A stretch of 63,855 nucleotides of DNA from positions 1-63,855 of the IMG/VR virus record IMGVR_UViG_3300022698_000087, one strand, 5' to 3'. The notes below the pieces were generated by a model. It was not told the origin of the DNA and made no database searches. It was given only the letters and a program-made list of their open reading frames with translations. The position numbers were made by a program, and so were the translations under genes. Positions 18,269 through 27,583 of this stretch are shown piece by piece. This DNA comes from a virus (Duplodnaviria; Caudoviricetes). Position 1 is the first letter of the stretch. Each line of letters opens with the position of its first letter.

Positions 18269-19114
18269 TTAGAAGGGAGCAGGCTTGTCGCAGTCCTCTT
18301 CGCCGCCAGTGTTCTGCTTGCCGTGATCGACCTTGGCCTGACCACTGCTCACTTGATCGCGGAAGTCCTTACCTGCCAGGACAATGGGGTTGTCCGGGGC
18401 CATGAGGGACTCTTTGACGGAGTTACCGACCGGATCGATGCGGAAGTTAAAGAAGTCGCCCTTTGCATTGCTGTCGGAAACCGACCGGACCTTCAGCTGG
18501 AAGGCGAACAGCGGAGGACGGCCTTTGACCTGCATCATCGGGGTCATGATTCCCTTGTAGGCCTTGATCTTCGTGCTGCAGAAGGCAATCATGCACGGTG
18601 AAGTGTCTCCGGCCTCATCGACGAGGAGTCCGTACATATAGTAGGTCTCGACGAGGTCATGGGGGACGCCATCAGCCACCGGAACGGTGTACTTGCCGAA
18701 TTCCTTCGAGGCTTCCTTGGCCGAACGGACAACTTCGGAATCACATTCGTGAATGGCCACAAACCCGCCGCTATCTTTCTGCCGGTTCTTCCATTCAACG
18801 AACACATGCTCGGTGTAGCACGGGACGAATGTCACGCCGGTTTCGCCATCATACAGATCCCGACTGGCGGTGTTTATGAGCTGGCCAGCTTCGGCACCTT
18901 CAATGAACTCCGGTTTCGACTTCATAACCTGCGGACTGTTGACCTGGAGGATCGCCAGGAACGGAATCGTGCAGTCCTGTGTGCTTGTGTTCTCGAAGCC
19001 TTGGCCCGCCATGTCACCGTAGTCAAAGCTACCGCCGACCGCCAGGGCCGTGTTCTCATTCTTTTTCTTTGCCAAATCTGTTGTTTTCTTTGCTGCCATA
19101 CTTGTGTTCTCCAA
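18269..19114 (-). CDS. Putative ssDNA-binding/annealing protein
   Basis: GFEN..IPFL.ILQ.SP motif, acidic tail ending PF, replication-module position. Confidence 0.6.
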   Translation of the reverse strand: MENTSMAAKKTTDLAKKKNENTALAVGGSFDYGDMAGQGFENTSTQDCTIPFLAILQVNSPQVMKSKPEFIEGAEAGQLINTASRDLYDGETGVTFVPCYTEHVFVEWKNRQKDSGGFVAIHECDSEVVRSAKEASKEFGKYTVPVADGVPHDLVETYYMYGLLVDEAGDTSPCMIAFCSTKIKAYKGIMTPMMQVKGRPPLFAFQLKVRSVSDSNAKGDFFNFRIDPVGNSVKESLMAPDNPIVLAGKDFRDQVSSGQAKVDHGKQNTGGEEDCDKPAPF

Positions 19115-19132
19115 TTGGTTGCAACGGATTGG

Positions 19133-19708
19133 TTACTTCTTACTCTTTATCTCGACGACATCAACGCAATGCACGCCGAAAATATCCAGAGGGACTTCCT
19201 CTCCGGCATTAAGTCTCTTTGTGACAAACGATTTCACTGTGGACCCATGCACATCCAAATCCACAGAATGGTTGGGCCATCCTCGGCCGATGAGCTTCAG
19301 AAGTTTTTCCACCTTTTCAGCCTGAGTCTTATTGAATTCAATAATGACTCTTCGCTTTACCATTCCACCTTGGCCGTTATCGTCGAGCCACTTAATGGCC
19401 ACAGGCTTTCGGTCTTTGGAGATGTTGGTGAAGACCTTGTTGGTTAGCTTCAGAGGGAGACCGCTGGTTGTGCGAAGCTCAGTCTGACCTACAGACATGA
19501 ATAGTTCAGGAAGCTGCTCCTCAGCGATTCCTCTACGCTGAGACTCCAGTTTCTTCAGCTCCAACTTTTTACTGGCGATGTCCTTATCTAGTTGATGCAT
19601 CTCATCGGCAAGCTTTGAGATCTTGCCGAGGACATCAGTAGAATCGACAGTGTCTTCCTGCAGAGCGGAATAATCATACATCGGTATTTCGTCTTTCTTA
19701 CTGGCCAT
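19133..19708 (-). CDS. Conserved replication-module protein (coiled-coil N-terminus)
   Basis: LPE.F...G..WL...G.G..VK...VH.STVK pattern typical of genes between SNF2 helicase and SSB. Confidence 0.6.
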   Translation of the reverse strand: MASKKDEIPMYDYSALQEDTVDSTDVLGKISKLADEMHQLDKDIASKKLELKKLESQRRGIAEEQLPELFMSVGQTELRTTSGLPLKLTNKVFTNISKDRKPVAIKWLDDNGQGGMVKRRVIIEFNKTQAEKVEKLLKLIGRGWPNHSVDLDVHGSTVKSFVTKRLNAGEEVPLDIFGVHCVDVVEIKSKK

Positions 19709-19729
19709 GTTCTCTCCTATTTGAGTGGC

Positions 19730-21202
19730 TTATGATCCAAGTATATCTGTTTCTGCGTCATATGTCAATAACCATTTTCGGATTTTTCCATCGACAACCA
19801 CAGATGCATTGTCGAACTTGGTCCGAAGGGATTCAATGATATCGATATCCTTGGTATTATCGGCCACAATATCGATATATCGAACACTCTGGGTCTGTCC
19901 GGCCCGGTGATTTCGGTCTTCGCTTTGATGGCGTTCTTTCATCTTGAAGCTGTTCGAGTAATAGATAGTTGTCCTGGCCTCGTTCAAGGTGTGACCTTCA
20001 CCCATACTATCAGGCGTTGCCACAATGAACTGAACATTCTCGACAGGTTCAGTCTTGAATCTGTATTTGTTGTCCTCTCGCTTCTCCTCATCTATCGATC
20101 CATCCCACCGAACTGCCTTATCTCCAAGCATTTCGCAGATGAGATCAATGTCCTTGATGAACCTAGCCCAGATGATTGCTTTGTGTGGAAGATCCTGCGT
20201 GATCTCATTGAGCATCTTGAGTCGAGGGTTGTCCTTCTCAATCATGATGCATTTGTCCTCTTCGCCGGTGGGAAGATATCCGCAGGCTACTTGCTGAAGC
20301 CTAAGCAGCCTTGTGATGGCTAGAGGAGTGAAGATCATCTCTCCGTCTACCTCTGCCATGAATTCCTCCTCAAGCTCTCTGTAGATCTTCCACTGCTTGG
20401 CAGTCATCTCGAAGCCCGCATAGGAGTAGAGTTTGGGGGGAAGGTCAAGAACATCTTCCTTCAGGACACGTGACGACATAGAGCTTACCAGTTGAGTAAG
20501 AAGTTCCATGTTCTTATATCCGACCAGCACATCGTACTCGCGGTCTTGAGCCCCGTTGTACCCCTTCTTCCACTCACCAAAGAAGGTCTTGAAGCACTGG
20601 AAACTACCAAGTCCGTACTCGGTCTCAGACCAGAACTTCTTGTTCAGGAATCGGAACTGAGTGTAGACATCGAACGGAGTATTGGTGATGGGCGTCCCAC
20701 ACAACGTTCGCTTGTATTTTGCATAGTCACCAGATGCCAACACGGTTCGTGTCACCTTGGCCGAGGGGGTCTTAATTCGGTTCGATTCATCGGCGATGTA
20801 GAGGCAACGATGCTTCGACAGAAACTTCCGAGCCAACTTCTTACCAGCCTCCGTCTTAATTCCTGGGTATGACATCGCCAAGATCGGAAGTTTGTTAGTG
20901 GTGAAGAGGATCTCCCATTCCTTCTGATGCTTCTTGGTTTTGGCTTTCTTTGTATGAAACGCTACAGCCTCATAGTCTAGTGACAAGTGGTCCGGGATCT
21001 CGTATCTGACCCAGTTGGTGTGAAGCCCGGAGGGGGCGAGGATGAATAGGGCGTCTATCTCTCCGGCCGCATGAAGCTTCTCGGCGGTTGCAAGGCCGAG
21101 CCACGTCTTGCCAGTACCCTGTTCCCAATGAATGGCTCGAACAGCATCCAAGCCGTGCTCATTAAGCTCTTTTAATTGATGACTGAATGGTTTTGTCTTC
21201 AT
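19730..21202 (-). CDS. SNF2-family helicase
   Basis: EQGTGKT, DESN, GTPI, RLQQ, QSEDRNHRAGQ. Confidence 0.9.
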   Translation of the reverse strand: MKTKPFSHQLKELNEHGLDAVRAIHWEQGTGKTWLGLATAEKLHAAGEIDALFILAPSGLHTNWVRYEIPDHLSLDYEAVAFHTKKAKTKKHQKEWEILFTTNKLPILAMSYPGIKTEAGKKLARKFLSKHRCLYIADESNRIKTPSAKVTRTVLASGDYAKYKRTLCGTPITNTPFDVYTQFRFLNKKFWSETEYGLGSFQCFKTFFGEWKKGYNGAQDREYDVLVGYKNMELLTQLVSSMSSRVLKEDVLDLPPKLYSYAGFEMTAKQWKIYRELEEEFMAEVDGEMIFTPLAITRLLRLQQVACGYLPTGEEDKCIMIEKDNPRLKMLNEITQDLPHKAIIWARFIKDIDLICEMLGDKAVRWDGSIDEEKREDNKYRFKTEPVENVQFIVATPDSMGEGHTLNEARTTIYYSNSFKMKERHQSEDRNHRAGQTQSVRYIDIVADNTKDIDIIESLRTKFDNASVVVDGKIRKWLLTYDAETDILGS

Positions 21203-21467
21203 GCATATACCTTTGCGTTTAAGATTGTTTGAATTACTCCGTTTTCTTCAATGATGAAGATGTAGTTTCCAACTTCATTGAAGTCGAAGTCCAAGGCAAA
21301 GATTCCATCCTCTAGGACAAACGGAGAATGCTTTGTCACTTGGTTATTTCCAGGGTGGTGCTGGGGGCCGTAGACTCTGATTGATATAGTTGTGGTCTCT
21401 TCGTCTACGGCCGCGTACACCAGCCTGTCATACCCAGGTCGATATGTGGCTCTCTGGAACCTCATAT
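21199..21467 (-). CDS. Small beta-rich (Ig-like) protein
   Basis: ATG adjacent to upstream stop (MRFQRATY); GIF.L.F.F...GNY strand pattern. Confidence 0.5.
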
Positions 21468-21835
21468 TACCCGAAGTGTCCCCCGCCTCCTGAACCGCCA
21501 GCAAGCAGCGTATCAATCTTCGATTCGACCGTCGCGACGTTGCCGCCAATCGACTCAAGGGAATAGCTGCCCACGATAAACTGCTTCACCAAATTTAGCC
21601 CAGTGTCGTCAACGAACGCCACAGACCAAATGCCGTCTGCGTCCGGGGCGAAAGACCCAGCGACAATCTTTGTTGATCCAATCTGAGTAAGCCCAGATCC
21701 GAGAGTTAGAGCTGTGCCAACCACAGCGTCGGCTTCGTCGTAGACAGTTGCCGTGGGATTGTCTGTGCCAGGATTTCCGTTGATTCTGACCCGAAAGTGA
21801 ATAGTGTCGCCTACCTTATACGTCTTCACAATCAA
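21467..21835 (-). CDS. Ig-like domain protein, possibly virion-associated
   Basis: YKVGDT...F.PDADGIW.V; Gly-rich tail. Confidence 0.5.
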   Translation of the reverse strand: MIVKTYKVGDTIHFRVRINGNPGTDNPTATVYDEADAVVGTALTLGSGLTQIGSTKIVAGSFAPDADGIWSVAFVDDTGLNLVKQFIVGSYSLESIGGNVATVESKIDTLLAGGSGGGGHFG

Positions 21836-22263
21836 AACCTTTCTTCATATGAGAATTTGTGGCCGCTGCTACGCCGCAGCGTAACCATTGTCTCTGCAAG
21901 CATGTCCAGTTGTTGTTCTACGTGAAGATCGTTCTGAATCGAACTCATTGGGCCCTTATCATAGCTCCACTCATCCCATGCCGCAAACGTGATATGAAGT
22001 AGCTCATGGACCAACGTCTTCTCTTGATCGATGTCAACACATCCCTCGTACTTGGTTTTAGGGTCGGTGATCTTCACAGTGCATTGGCGTCTGGCCAAGT
22101 TCCATGACGCCTTTCCTGCAGCAGTAGAGTCACCACCTTGATCGATCATCTTCATTAGATGAAGATCAATACTCCAATAGTGAAGCCCAAGTTTTTCCTT
22201 CCAGTAGGCTACAGCCTCCTGAAGATCTTGGATCGATAGATCGGTATCTGCCATATCACTCAC
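21832..22263 (-). CDS. HExxH metallopeptidase-like protein
   Basis: W...LGL..W, TLVHELLH. Confidence 0.65.
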   Translation of the reverse strand: MSDMADTDLSIQDLQEAVAYWKEKLGLHYWSIDLHLMKMIDQGGDSTAAGKASWNLARRQCTVKITDPKTKYEGCVDIDQEKTLVHELLHITFAAWDEWSYDKGPMSSIQNDLHVEQQLDMLAETMVTLRRSSGHKFSYEERF

Positions 22264-22577
22264 ACTCCGTAGAATTTGTAGTAGATTAGTAGAATGAGCC
22301 AGATCGTATTCATCGCAGTGATGAAGTATGTTGCTCTAAGGCTCCACTTCTGAGCTATGGATTTGTAGTAGTAAAGGTTCCAATAGCCCCAAACGGCGAA
22401 GAACGCGACGGCATAGATATTTACTCCAGCAACACTTCTATCGTGCAGTACCTGCATGATGTGCATGACAATGAAGAATCCGCCAGACAATTCAAACACA
22501 CTGTTGATTTGGTCAGATCGGCCTCTTCCATCCACGCTTTTCTGCTTGTTTCCATGCTTCATCGATGCAGACATCAT
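22260..22577 (-). CDS. 3-TM PQ-loop/SemiSWEET-like membrane protein
   Basis: Three hydrophobic helices with DRSVAGV loop; start uncertain. Confidence 0.5.
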   Translation of the reverse strand: MMSASMKHGNKQKSVDGRGRSDQINSVFELSGGFFIVMHIMQVLHDRSVAGVNIYAVAFFAVWGYWNLYYYKSIAQKWSLRATYFITAMNTIWLILLIYYKFYGV

Positions 22578-22692
22578 ATTCCTCTCTAGTAATTACTCCA
22601 GACAGCAAGTTGTAATTCAAGTCGTACACTTCGTGGGGGACAGACCGTCGTCTCGGCGTGTCCCCCTTGCCACCAGCCCAGGCCCCACTCAT
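22513..22692 (-). CDS. Small hypothetical protein
   Basis: GKGD.PR motif, ATGA overlap with upstream gene. Confidence 0.55.
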   Translation of the reverse strand: MSGAWAGGKGDTPRRRSVPHEVYDLNYNLLSGVITREEYDVCIDEAWKQAEKRGWKRPI

Positions 22693-24344
22693 GCTCTGTA
22701 CTTTCCTTTCCAAACAGTGATAATGGTACGCTTACCGTTCGGGTACGTCACTATGTGCGAGTGAGACCAGCTTGACGGACCCCTATTGTACCACACATCA
22801 GACTTGATGTCAAACGATACTCCTGCAACGTATAGCCCATCATGGATTCCTGCCTTATGCAGATGACCTACGTTGGCCTTGCGTCCCATTCTACTCAGGT
22901 TCGACGGATTCCCTCGGGCTCCATCGGGGCCAAGATGTCCATGCATTCCGCACTCAATATTCGCTTCTGTGATTAGCAGGCTTTGGTCTTCCCTCAAGAA
23001 CGTTGCGATACTCTCTTCCAGCCCTAACATTCTGCAAGCGTGCTCTAGGACATGGAACTCTCTGCCGTAGGGATCGGCCTCCATGGCCTCATATACAGCG
23101 GCGTTGAGCTTCAACCACATTACTGCATTTTTTGGATCGTCTAGGCCGTCTCTACTGTCCAACCAACGCTCAATCCAGGGTCGGTCATGGTTGGCGTCTA
23201 CAACATAGGTGTGGCAAAAGTCTCGATATAGGCCGCGAAGGTGGTCATTGCATAACTGGAACTCTTTCTTAATGTCACTCCATCCACCAGATCGGATGAA
23301 GTTGCGAAACCGCGTATGAAGTGACTTACGTGACCAGTGGTTTGTCACTGAGCCTGCCATGATATCATGAACAAACTGAAACTTAGGGCGAAGCTCATCC
23401 AGCATTTTCTGAGAACACTTGTTGACACTCTCGTCTAGAAGCATTAGAGCGTGAGAATCTCCCCACGTGATGGCCTCAATTCGATCATTCTCATATACTA
23501 CGCCGCTCTCAACTACAACGTCAAGGTCGTATATTGTGCCATCATCTGTAGCGTTCAATTGACGCAGCCACCAATTTCCTTCACTATCTACCTCAACAAT
23601 CACAGCACCATAGCAGTGATGGAACTCCGCCTTCAGTCCTTCTCGCTTCTGAATGTAGTTACGCTGAGTGACGGTCCCTGTTGTGTAGTTGAATTTGGTG
23701 TTCTCTTTCCGTCCTGTAGCTATGGACTCCATAGCAAACTTCACTTGTGGAAAGATGGCTGAGGATCGGCCAGTATAAGACTCGAAGCCTGTTAGCGGTC
23801 GAACCGCCGTAGGGAGAATGTTCATTTCTCCACACCAGTATAGGTCGTTGGCAATGAGATAGCGTTCGTCCACAATGTATGGAACGATATTCTGGTCGTA
23901 CCAGAGTGATTCCTTATCCTTGGACTTGCCTCGCTTCACCGACTTCTTGCCGAAGGCGTTCTGGTTATAGCTAAATGTCCCCACCATCAACCGGGCATCG
24001 TAGTGTTCTGCAAGGGCCAACAAGTTTTTCCACACAGGAATATGCACGTGCGTATTGTTCTGAGCACTTGTTAGGATGTAACGCTTGATTCTACCTGCTC
24101 TAGGAAAGCGACACTTTACAGCTTCGACTCCGTGGACACTTCCGTCAACGAGTTTCTTGGTCCGATCTATTCCCGCTTTCTTTAGGTGGTGGTAGATGGA
24201 GGCTCTACCTATACCTAAGTCCTTAGCAGTGGCCTGAATGTTGCCTCCATGCTTCTGATACGAATTAACCACCTGTTCCATTGTCACCCTTGACATGCCG
24301 ATCCTTTCATATTCAATGCGGGATAATCTACAATTCCAATCCAC
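22689..24344 (-). CDS. T5 A1-like protein (N-terminal HTH + metallophosphoesterase-type nuclease)
   Basis: ~550 aa; LTSAQNNT, TTGTVT.RNY, WGDSH, HD, NHD, HGH.GPDG.RG, GH.H, GPSSW motifs. Confidence 0.75.
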   Translation of the reverse strand: MDWNCRLSRIEYERIGMSRVTMEQVVNSYQKHGGNIQATAKDLGIGRASIYHHLKKAGIDRTKKLVDGSVHGVEAVKCRFPRAGRIKRYILTSAQNNTHVHIPVWKNLLALAEHYDARLMVGTFSYNQNAFGKKSVKRGKSKDKESLWYDQNIVPYIVDERYLIANDLYWCGEMNILPTAVRPLTGFESYTGRSSAIFPQVKFAMESIATGRKENTKFNYTTGTVTQRNYIQKREGLKAEFHHCYGAVIVEVDSEGNWWLRQLNATDDGTIYDLDVVVESGVVYENDRIEAITWGDSHALMLLDESVNKCSQKMLDELRPKFQFVHDIMAGSVTNHWSRKSLHTRFRNFIRSGGWSDIKKEFQLCNDHLRGLYRDFCHTYVVDANHDRPWIERWLDSRDGLDDPKNAVMWLKLNAAVYEAMEADPYGREFHVLEHACRMLGLEESIATFLREDQSLLITEANIECGMHGHLGPDGARGNPSNLSRMGRKANVGHLHKAGIHDGLYVAGVSFDIKSDVWYNRGPSSWSHSHIVTYPNGKRTIITVWKGKYRA

Positions 24345-24895
24345 TTATCTAGTGCTGATGCGATCCAATTAACAGCACCACCCTCGAAGAATACATAGTC
24401 GAGGTGATTCCAAGGACGTGGCACCAATATGGCCGCTCCTCCAGCCTTTGACCAACGATAAACATTATCACTATTATCATCAATCAAAAGATCGTGGAAG
24501 CCGTGGGCAAACTCTTCCTTCGGAATGTGAGTGGGCACTATTCGGTGACGCAGCTCAGGGACATTGTCCGTCACCCACTTGGCTTTTCCGGTGTACGACC
24601 CGTCATTGTCCATAGGCTTTGTGAGAAGCCGCACATCTTCGGGCCTGAATCGATCCCACATCACCTGTAGGATCTCTTTCCCATCCACCATCCAAGGCAG
24701 GTTTGCCCAGAAGGCTGCGTCGCAATGCTCGCTTGCTTCTTTGTAGCTGGTGTTCGCTAGTGGAAAGAAGTCAAAACAACGTCCCCATGGCCACTGCTTG
24801 AGACCGCCATATGGGATGTCCATGGCTTTACATATTCCAGTGACGAAGTCTGCAAGGACTCCATCACAGTCGAGATTGATTCCGAAGTCTTGCAT
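24284..24895 (-). CDS. HAD-family 5'(3')-deoxyribonucleotidase
   Basis: DCDGVLADF, FW.NLPW, LT.P, K..W, LLIDD, PWN. Confidence 0.88.
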   Translation of the reverse strand: MQDFGINLDCDGVLADFVTGICKAMDIPYGGLKQWPWGRCFDFFPLANTSYKEASEHCDAAFWANLPWMVDGKEILQVMWDRFRPEDVRLLTKPMDNDGSYTGKAKWVTDNVPELRHRIVPTHIPKEEFAHGFHDLLIDDNSDNVYRWSKAGGAAILVPRPWNHLDYVFFEGGAVNWIASALDKWIGIVDYPALNMKGSACQG

Positions 24896-26064
24896 TAGTC
24901 GTCATCTCCAATAGAGTGGAAGTTACTGCACTTACAGATTCTGATACCTTCCTTGTGAGATGTGCATCTATCAGAATAGAGACAATTCAGACACAGGGGC
25001 CCAATGCATACGCTTGCCTTCACACATGTTTGGCATGAACCACTGCTTCCCTCCGCATCTTTATCGAGAGCCCACTGGGGACACGTGCCTTCTCCAGGAA
25101 TGAATTGTCCGGCGTTGACCCTCAAAGCTCGGTCGCTGTAGTACTTTTGCTCCAGGGTTAAGCCGCGATCACCATGTTCTACCATGTCTGGAACCACTTC
25201 GTCGGCTTCGTATGCTGCACAACCATGGGTAGGCCCAGGAGGATCGTATGGGCATGGCAGATCCGGGCCGCGTCTCTTGCACATGTCACACAAGTTGAAT
25301 TGATTCTTAGGATACTCAAAACTAGGCTCGATCACTTTCTTGTCGGTGATGCGAATAGGCCTGTCGTCTACCCAGTTGCCCATCACTATGCTGTCCACCA
25401 ACACCGACATGCAGGATATGAACTTGGTCAAGTGACATAGACCACTATCAGGGTCTATGTCTGTGCCTGAAAGGAAGTCAGTGATGTGGCGAATACCTGC
25501 GTCGAAATATACGCTGCATCGTACGCCTGCGTCTCGGTAGTTGTGGCGTCCGTACTTGCGTCCACCTTCCATCATTCCTATAGCGGCTTCCAGAATAGCC
25601 CTCCAAGGAAGGACATGCCATGGCACCTTTGTCATGTCGATCTTCGGAACCGTGAACGTTGGCACGCAGTTATCACTGTGAACGAATGGCTCTACACATT
25701 TCGGATATGCCTGAACCACCTTTTCCGCCAGCTCATTCAGCGTCTTGACATGTAGCCCAGTGCTGCTTCTTCTGTCATGGTCGAGCCGACCTTCCATCAT
25801 AAGCAATCGCATAAACGCCACGTTTGCCATTGCGTCAGTGATGGTAGAAACATCATCATTACCTTCCCAGAAGGTAATCATTTGGCCGATGGCAATACTT
25901 CCCATCTCACAAATGGAGCTGTGGCCATCATTCATGAGACAGTCTAACCTTTGATTTTGAATGCTCTCAGCCATAAGTGCCGCACAATGTGAACTAAAGC
26001 AGCTCATTGGAACCTTCTTGATTCCAAGGGCATCTTTGGGATTTGTTGCCTTACTTTCGTGCAT
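24895..26064 (-). CDS. DUF5664 (dATP/dGTP diphosphohydrolase-like) protein, duplicated domain plus Cys-rich tail
   Basis: TNPKD.LG..KVP; EGGRKYGRHNYR...RH...G.DIDPDSGLCHL...DDRP. Confidence 0.8.
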   Translation of the reverse strand: MHESKATNPKDALGIKKVPMSCFSSHCAALMAESIQNQRLDCLMNDGHSSICEMGSIAIGQMITFWEGNDDVSTITDAMANVAFMRLLMMEGRLDHDRRSSTGLHVKTLNELAEKVVQAYPKCVEPFVHSDNCVPTFTVPKIDMTKVPWHVLPWRAILEAAIGMMEGGRKYGRHNYRDAGVRCSVYFDAGIRHITDFLSGTDIDPDSGLCHLTKFISCMSVLVDSIVMGNWVDDRPIRITDKKVIEPSFEYPKNQFNLCDMCKRRGPDLPCPYDPPGPTHGCAAYEADEVVPDMVEHGDRGLTLEQKYYSDRALRVNAGQFIPGEGTCPQWALDKDAEGSSGSCQTCVKASVCIGPLCLNCLYSDRCTSHKEGIRICKCSNFHSIGDDD

Positions 26065-26236
26065 CAAGTTTCTCCCGTCGTGATTTCTCTGTGAGGATCT
26101 TCCGGCCAAGAATCAGTTGTGCTTTTCGTGCGGCCTTGAGCCCTAATGTTGCCATGAAGTCTCGATAAACTCTTTCCGCCGCAGCTTCAATCTGCGTATT
26201 GTCAACGTGTGGCATTTCTCTCTCCAGGACGTTGGT

Positions 26237-26470
26237 TTACTGTGCCAGGGCCTGTCCAATGGCCAGAAATGTGCCTCCAGCAATCGCCACTACCAGAATG
26301 CCGACGATTATCATTACGGCCTTAGTTCCTGCCGACTGAGCCAAGTTTCTTAGGGCTCTGAGGAAGTGCATATCCTCCTGCACCTTGATAGGATCTGACA
26401 GGTCGAATCCAAGTTTGGTTAGTGTTGATGTTACTGCCGTTTCAACTACCTGCTCTGTTTGAGCATCCAT
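26237..26470 (-). CDS. Small protein with C-terminal TM (holin-like candidate)
   Basis: LGFD...P...Q.D..FLR + one TM; own promoter. Confidence 0.45.
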   Translation of the reverse strand: MDAQTEQVVETAVTSTLTKLGFDLSDPIKVQEDMHFLRALRNLAQSAGTKAVMIIVGILVVAIAGGTFLAIGQALAQ

Positions 26471-26502
26471 GTCAGATCCTTTCAATATTCAATATGTTCT
26501 TC

Positions 26503-26531
26503 AGTATAGCACTGTCAGAACACAATGTCAA
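26503..26531 (-). promoter_or_regulatory. Promoter TTGACA-N17-TATACT for nucleotide-metabolism/replication genes
   Basis: Consensus -35, 17-bp spacer. Confidence 0.85.
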
Positions 26532-26717
26532 GCACTTTCTTGCTGCTTCCTTCTTCTCCGTATCTTCGGTTTAACGGACCCCTCGTCCACGGCCTTTTTC
26601 ACTCTCTCAACTGCTTCAAGAGCCAATAAGCCATGTGATTTTAGGACCATATCACAGACCCCCATTACTGCCTTGATTCCGCTGTCTTCAAGAATCGTCT
26701 TCATATCATCTCTCCAA

Positions 26718-27581
26718 TTACGATAGTAGAACTGTCACGGCACCTGCGTCGGCGTCGTTATATACAAATCTAACCGCGTCATCATCAGAGTCACTCCAAA
26801 TGAGAAGTTCTCCAGCTGATGGTGAAGGCTGTGATGATTGACGAATGCGTCGAGGATGAAACTCAGCAGAGCCAACGAAGGATAAGTTGCCCGTAGAGCC
26901 AACGGACAGATAATTCGTCGTCTGATCTCCGAAGCGACAATCCCCAAGCACCTCAAACACCGCGTTTGGAATGCACATGATACCAACCCTTCCAGTGGCC
27001 GCATCTGTTCGGAATAGGTTACTCTTTCCGCTTGTTCCTTCAACCCTAACGTCTAGATCTTGAGCGTTCTCGTTTACTACAATGAACCCACTGTTCGGTA
27101 GGCACTTCAGAAAGCTATAGAAGGTTGATACGTCGTCACCTTCAGCCGTAGCTAGTTCGGAATATTCCAGAGAGTATTCGTCAGTACCACCGGTATGATA
27201 TGCAAACATTCTCCATGCTCTGCCAGCACCGATAGCATAGGTCTTAGCATCAGGGCCATCATAATAACCCCTAATGATTTTATTCCAGTTGTCCCCGGAA
27301 TAACAAATCTCGGAAGCTGCCGGATAGTCACTTGCATCAGTGAACATGTTGATTCCTGTATGCTCATCTGTGTCGCTATCCTTGCCCCGAACCGCAAGCT
27401 GAAACGATCCCTTCAGACCGGTAATAGCTCCTGTGCCTATGTTGAGAGCTACACCGGCGAATGTGGGCACTGTCGTTTCCTTGAATGTCCCGTCGTCATT
27501 GAACACGGTCTCGGTCAGCCACGTCTTCAGTGCCAGATCCCAAACGTCTGGGTTACTTCCATTTGTGGGGTATGTTGCCAT
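26718..27581 (-). CDS. Tail fibre / receptor-binding protein
   Basis: End of tail module; GRVGI...P....EV.G fibre-type motif. Confidence 0.6.
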   Translation of the reverse strand: MATYPTNGSNPDVWDLALKTWLTETVFNDDGTFKETTVPTFAGVALNIGTGAITGLKGSFQLAVRGKDSDTDEHTGINMFTDASDYPAASEICYSGDNWNKIIRGYYDGPDAKTYAIGAGRAWRMFAYHTGGTDEYSLEYSELATAEGDDVSTFYSFLKCLPNSGFIVVNENAQDLDVRVEGTSGKSNLFRTDAATGRVGIMCIPNAVFEVLGDCRFGDQTTNYLSVGSTGNLSFVGSAEFHPRRIRQSSQPSPSAGELLIWSDSDDDAVRFVYNDADAGAVTVLLS

Positions 27582-27583
27582 TG

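Noticed and set aside
11261-21202. Inteins/introns or stop-codon reassignment in replication genes
   Set aside because: The genes are of normal length and intact in the standard code, with dense ORF packing
24895-26064. 2-aminoadenine (Z) genome or YuA-type thymidine hypermodification
   Set aside because: No PurZ, dUMP hydroxymethylase/thymidylate synthase or associated kinase recognised; DUF5664 and HD proteins alone are insufficient
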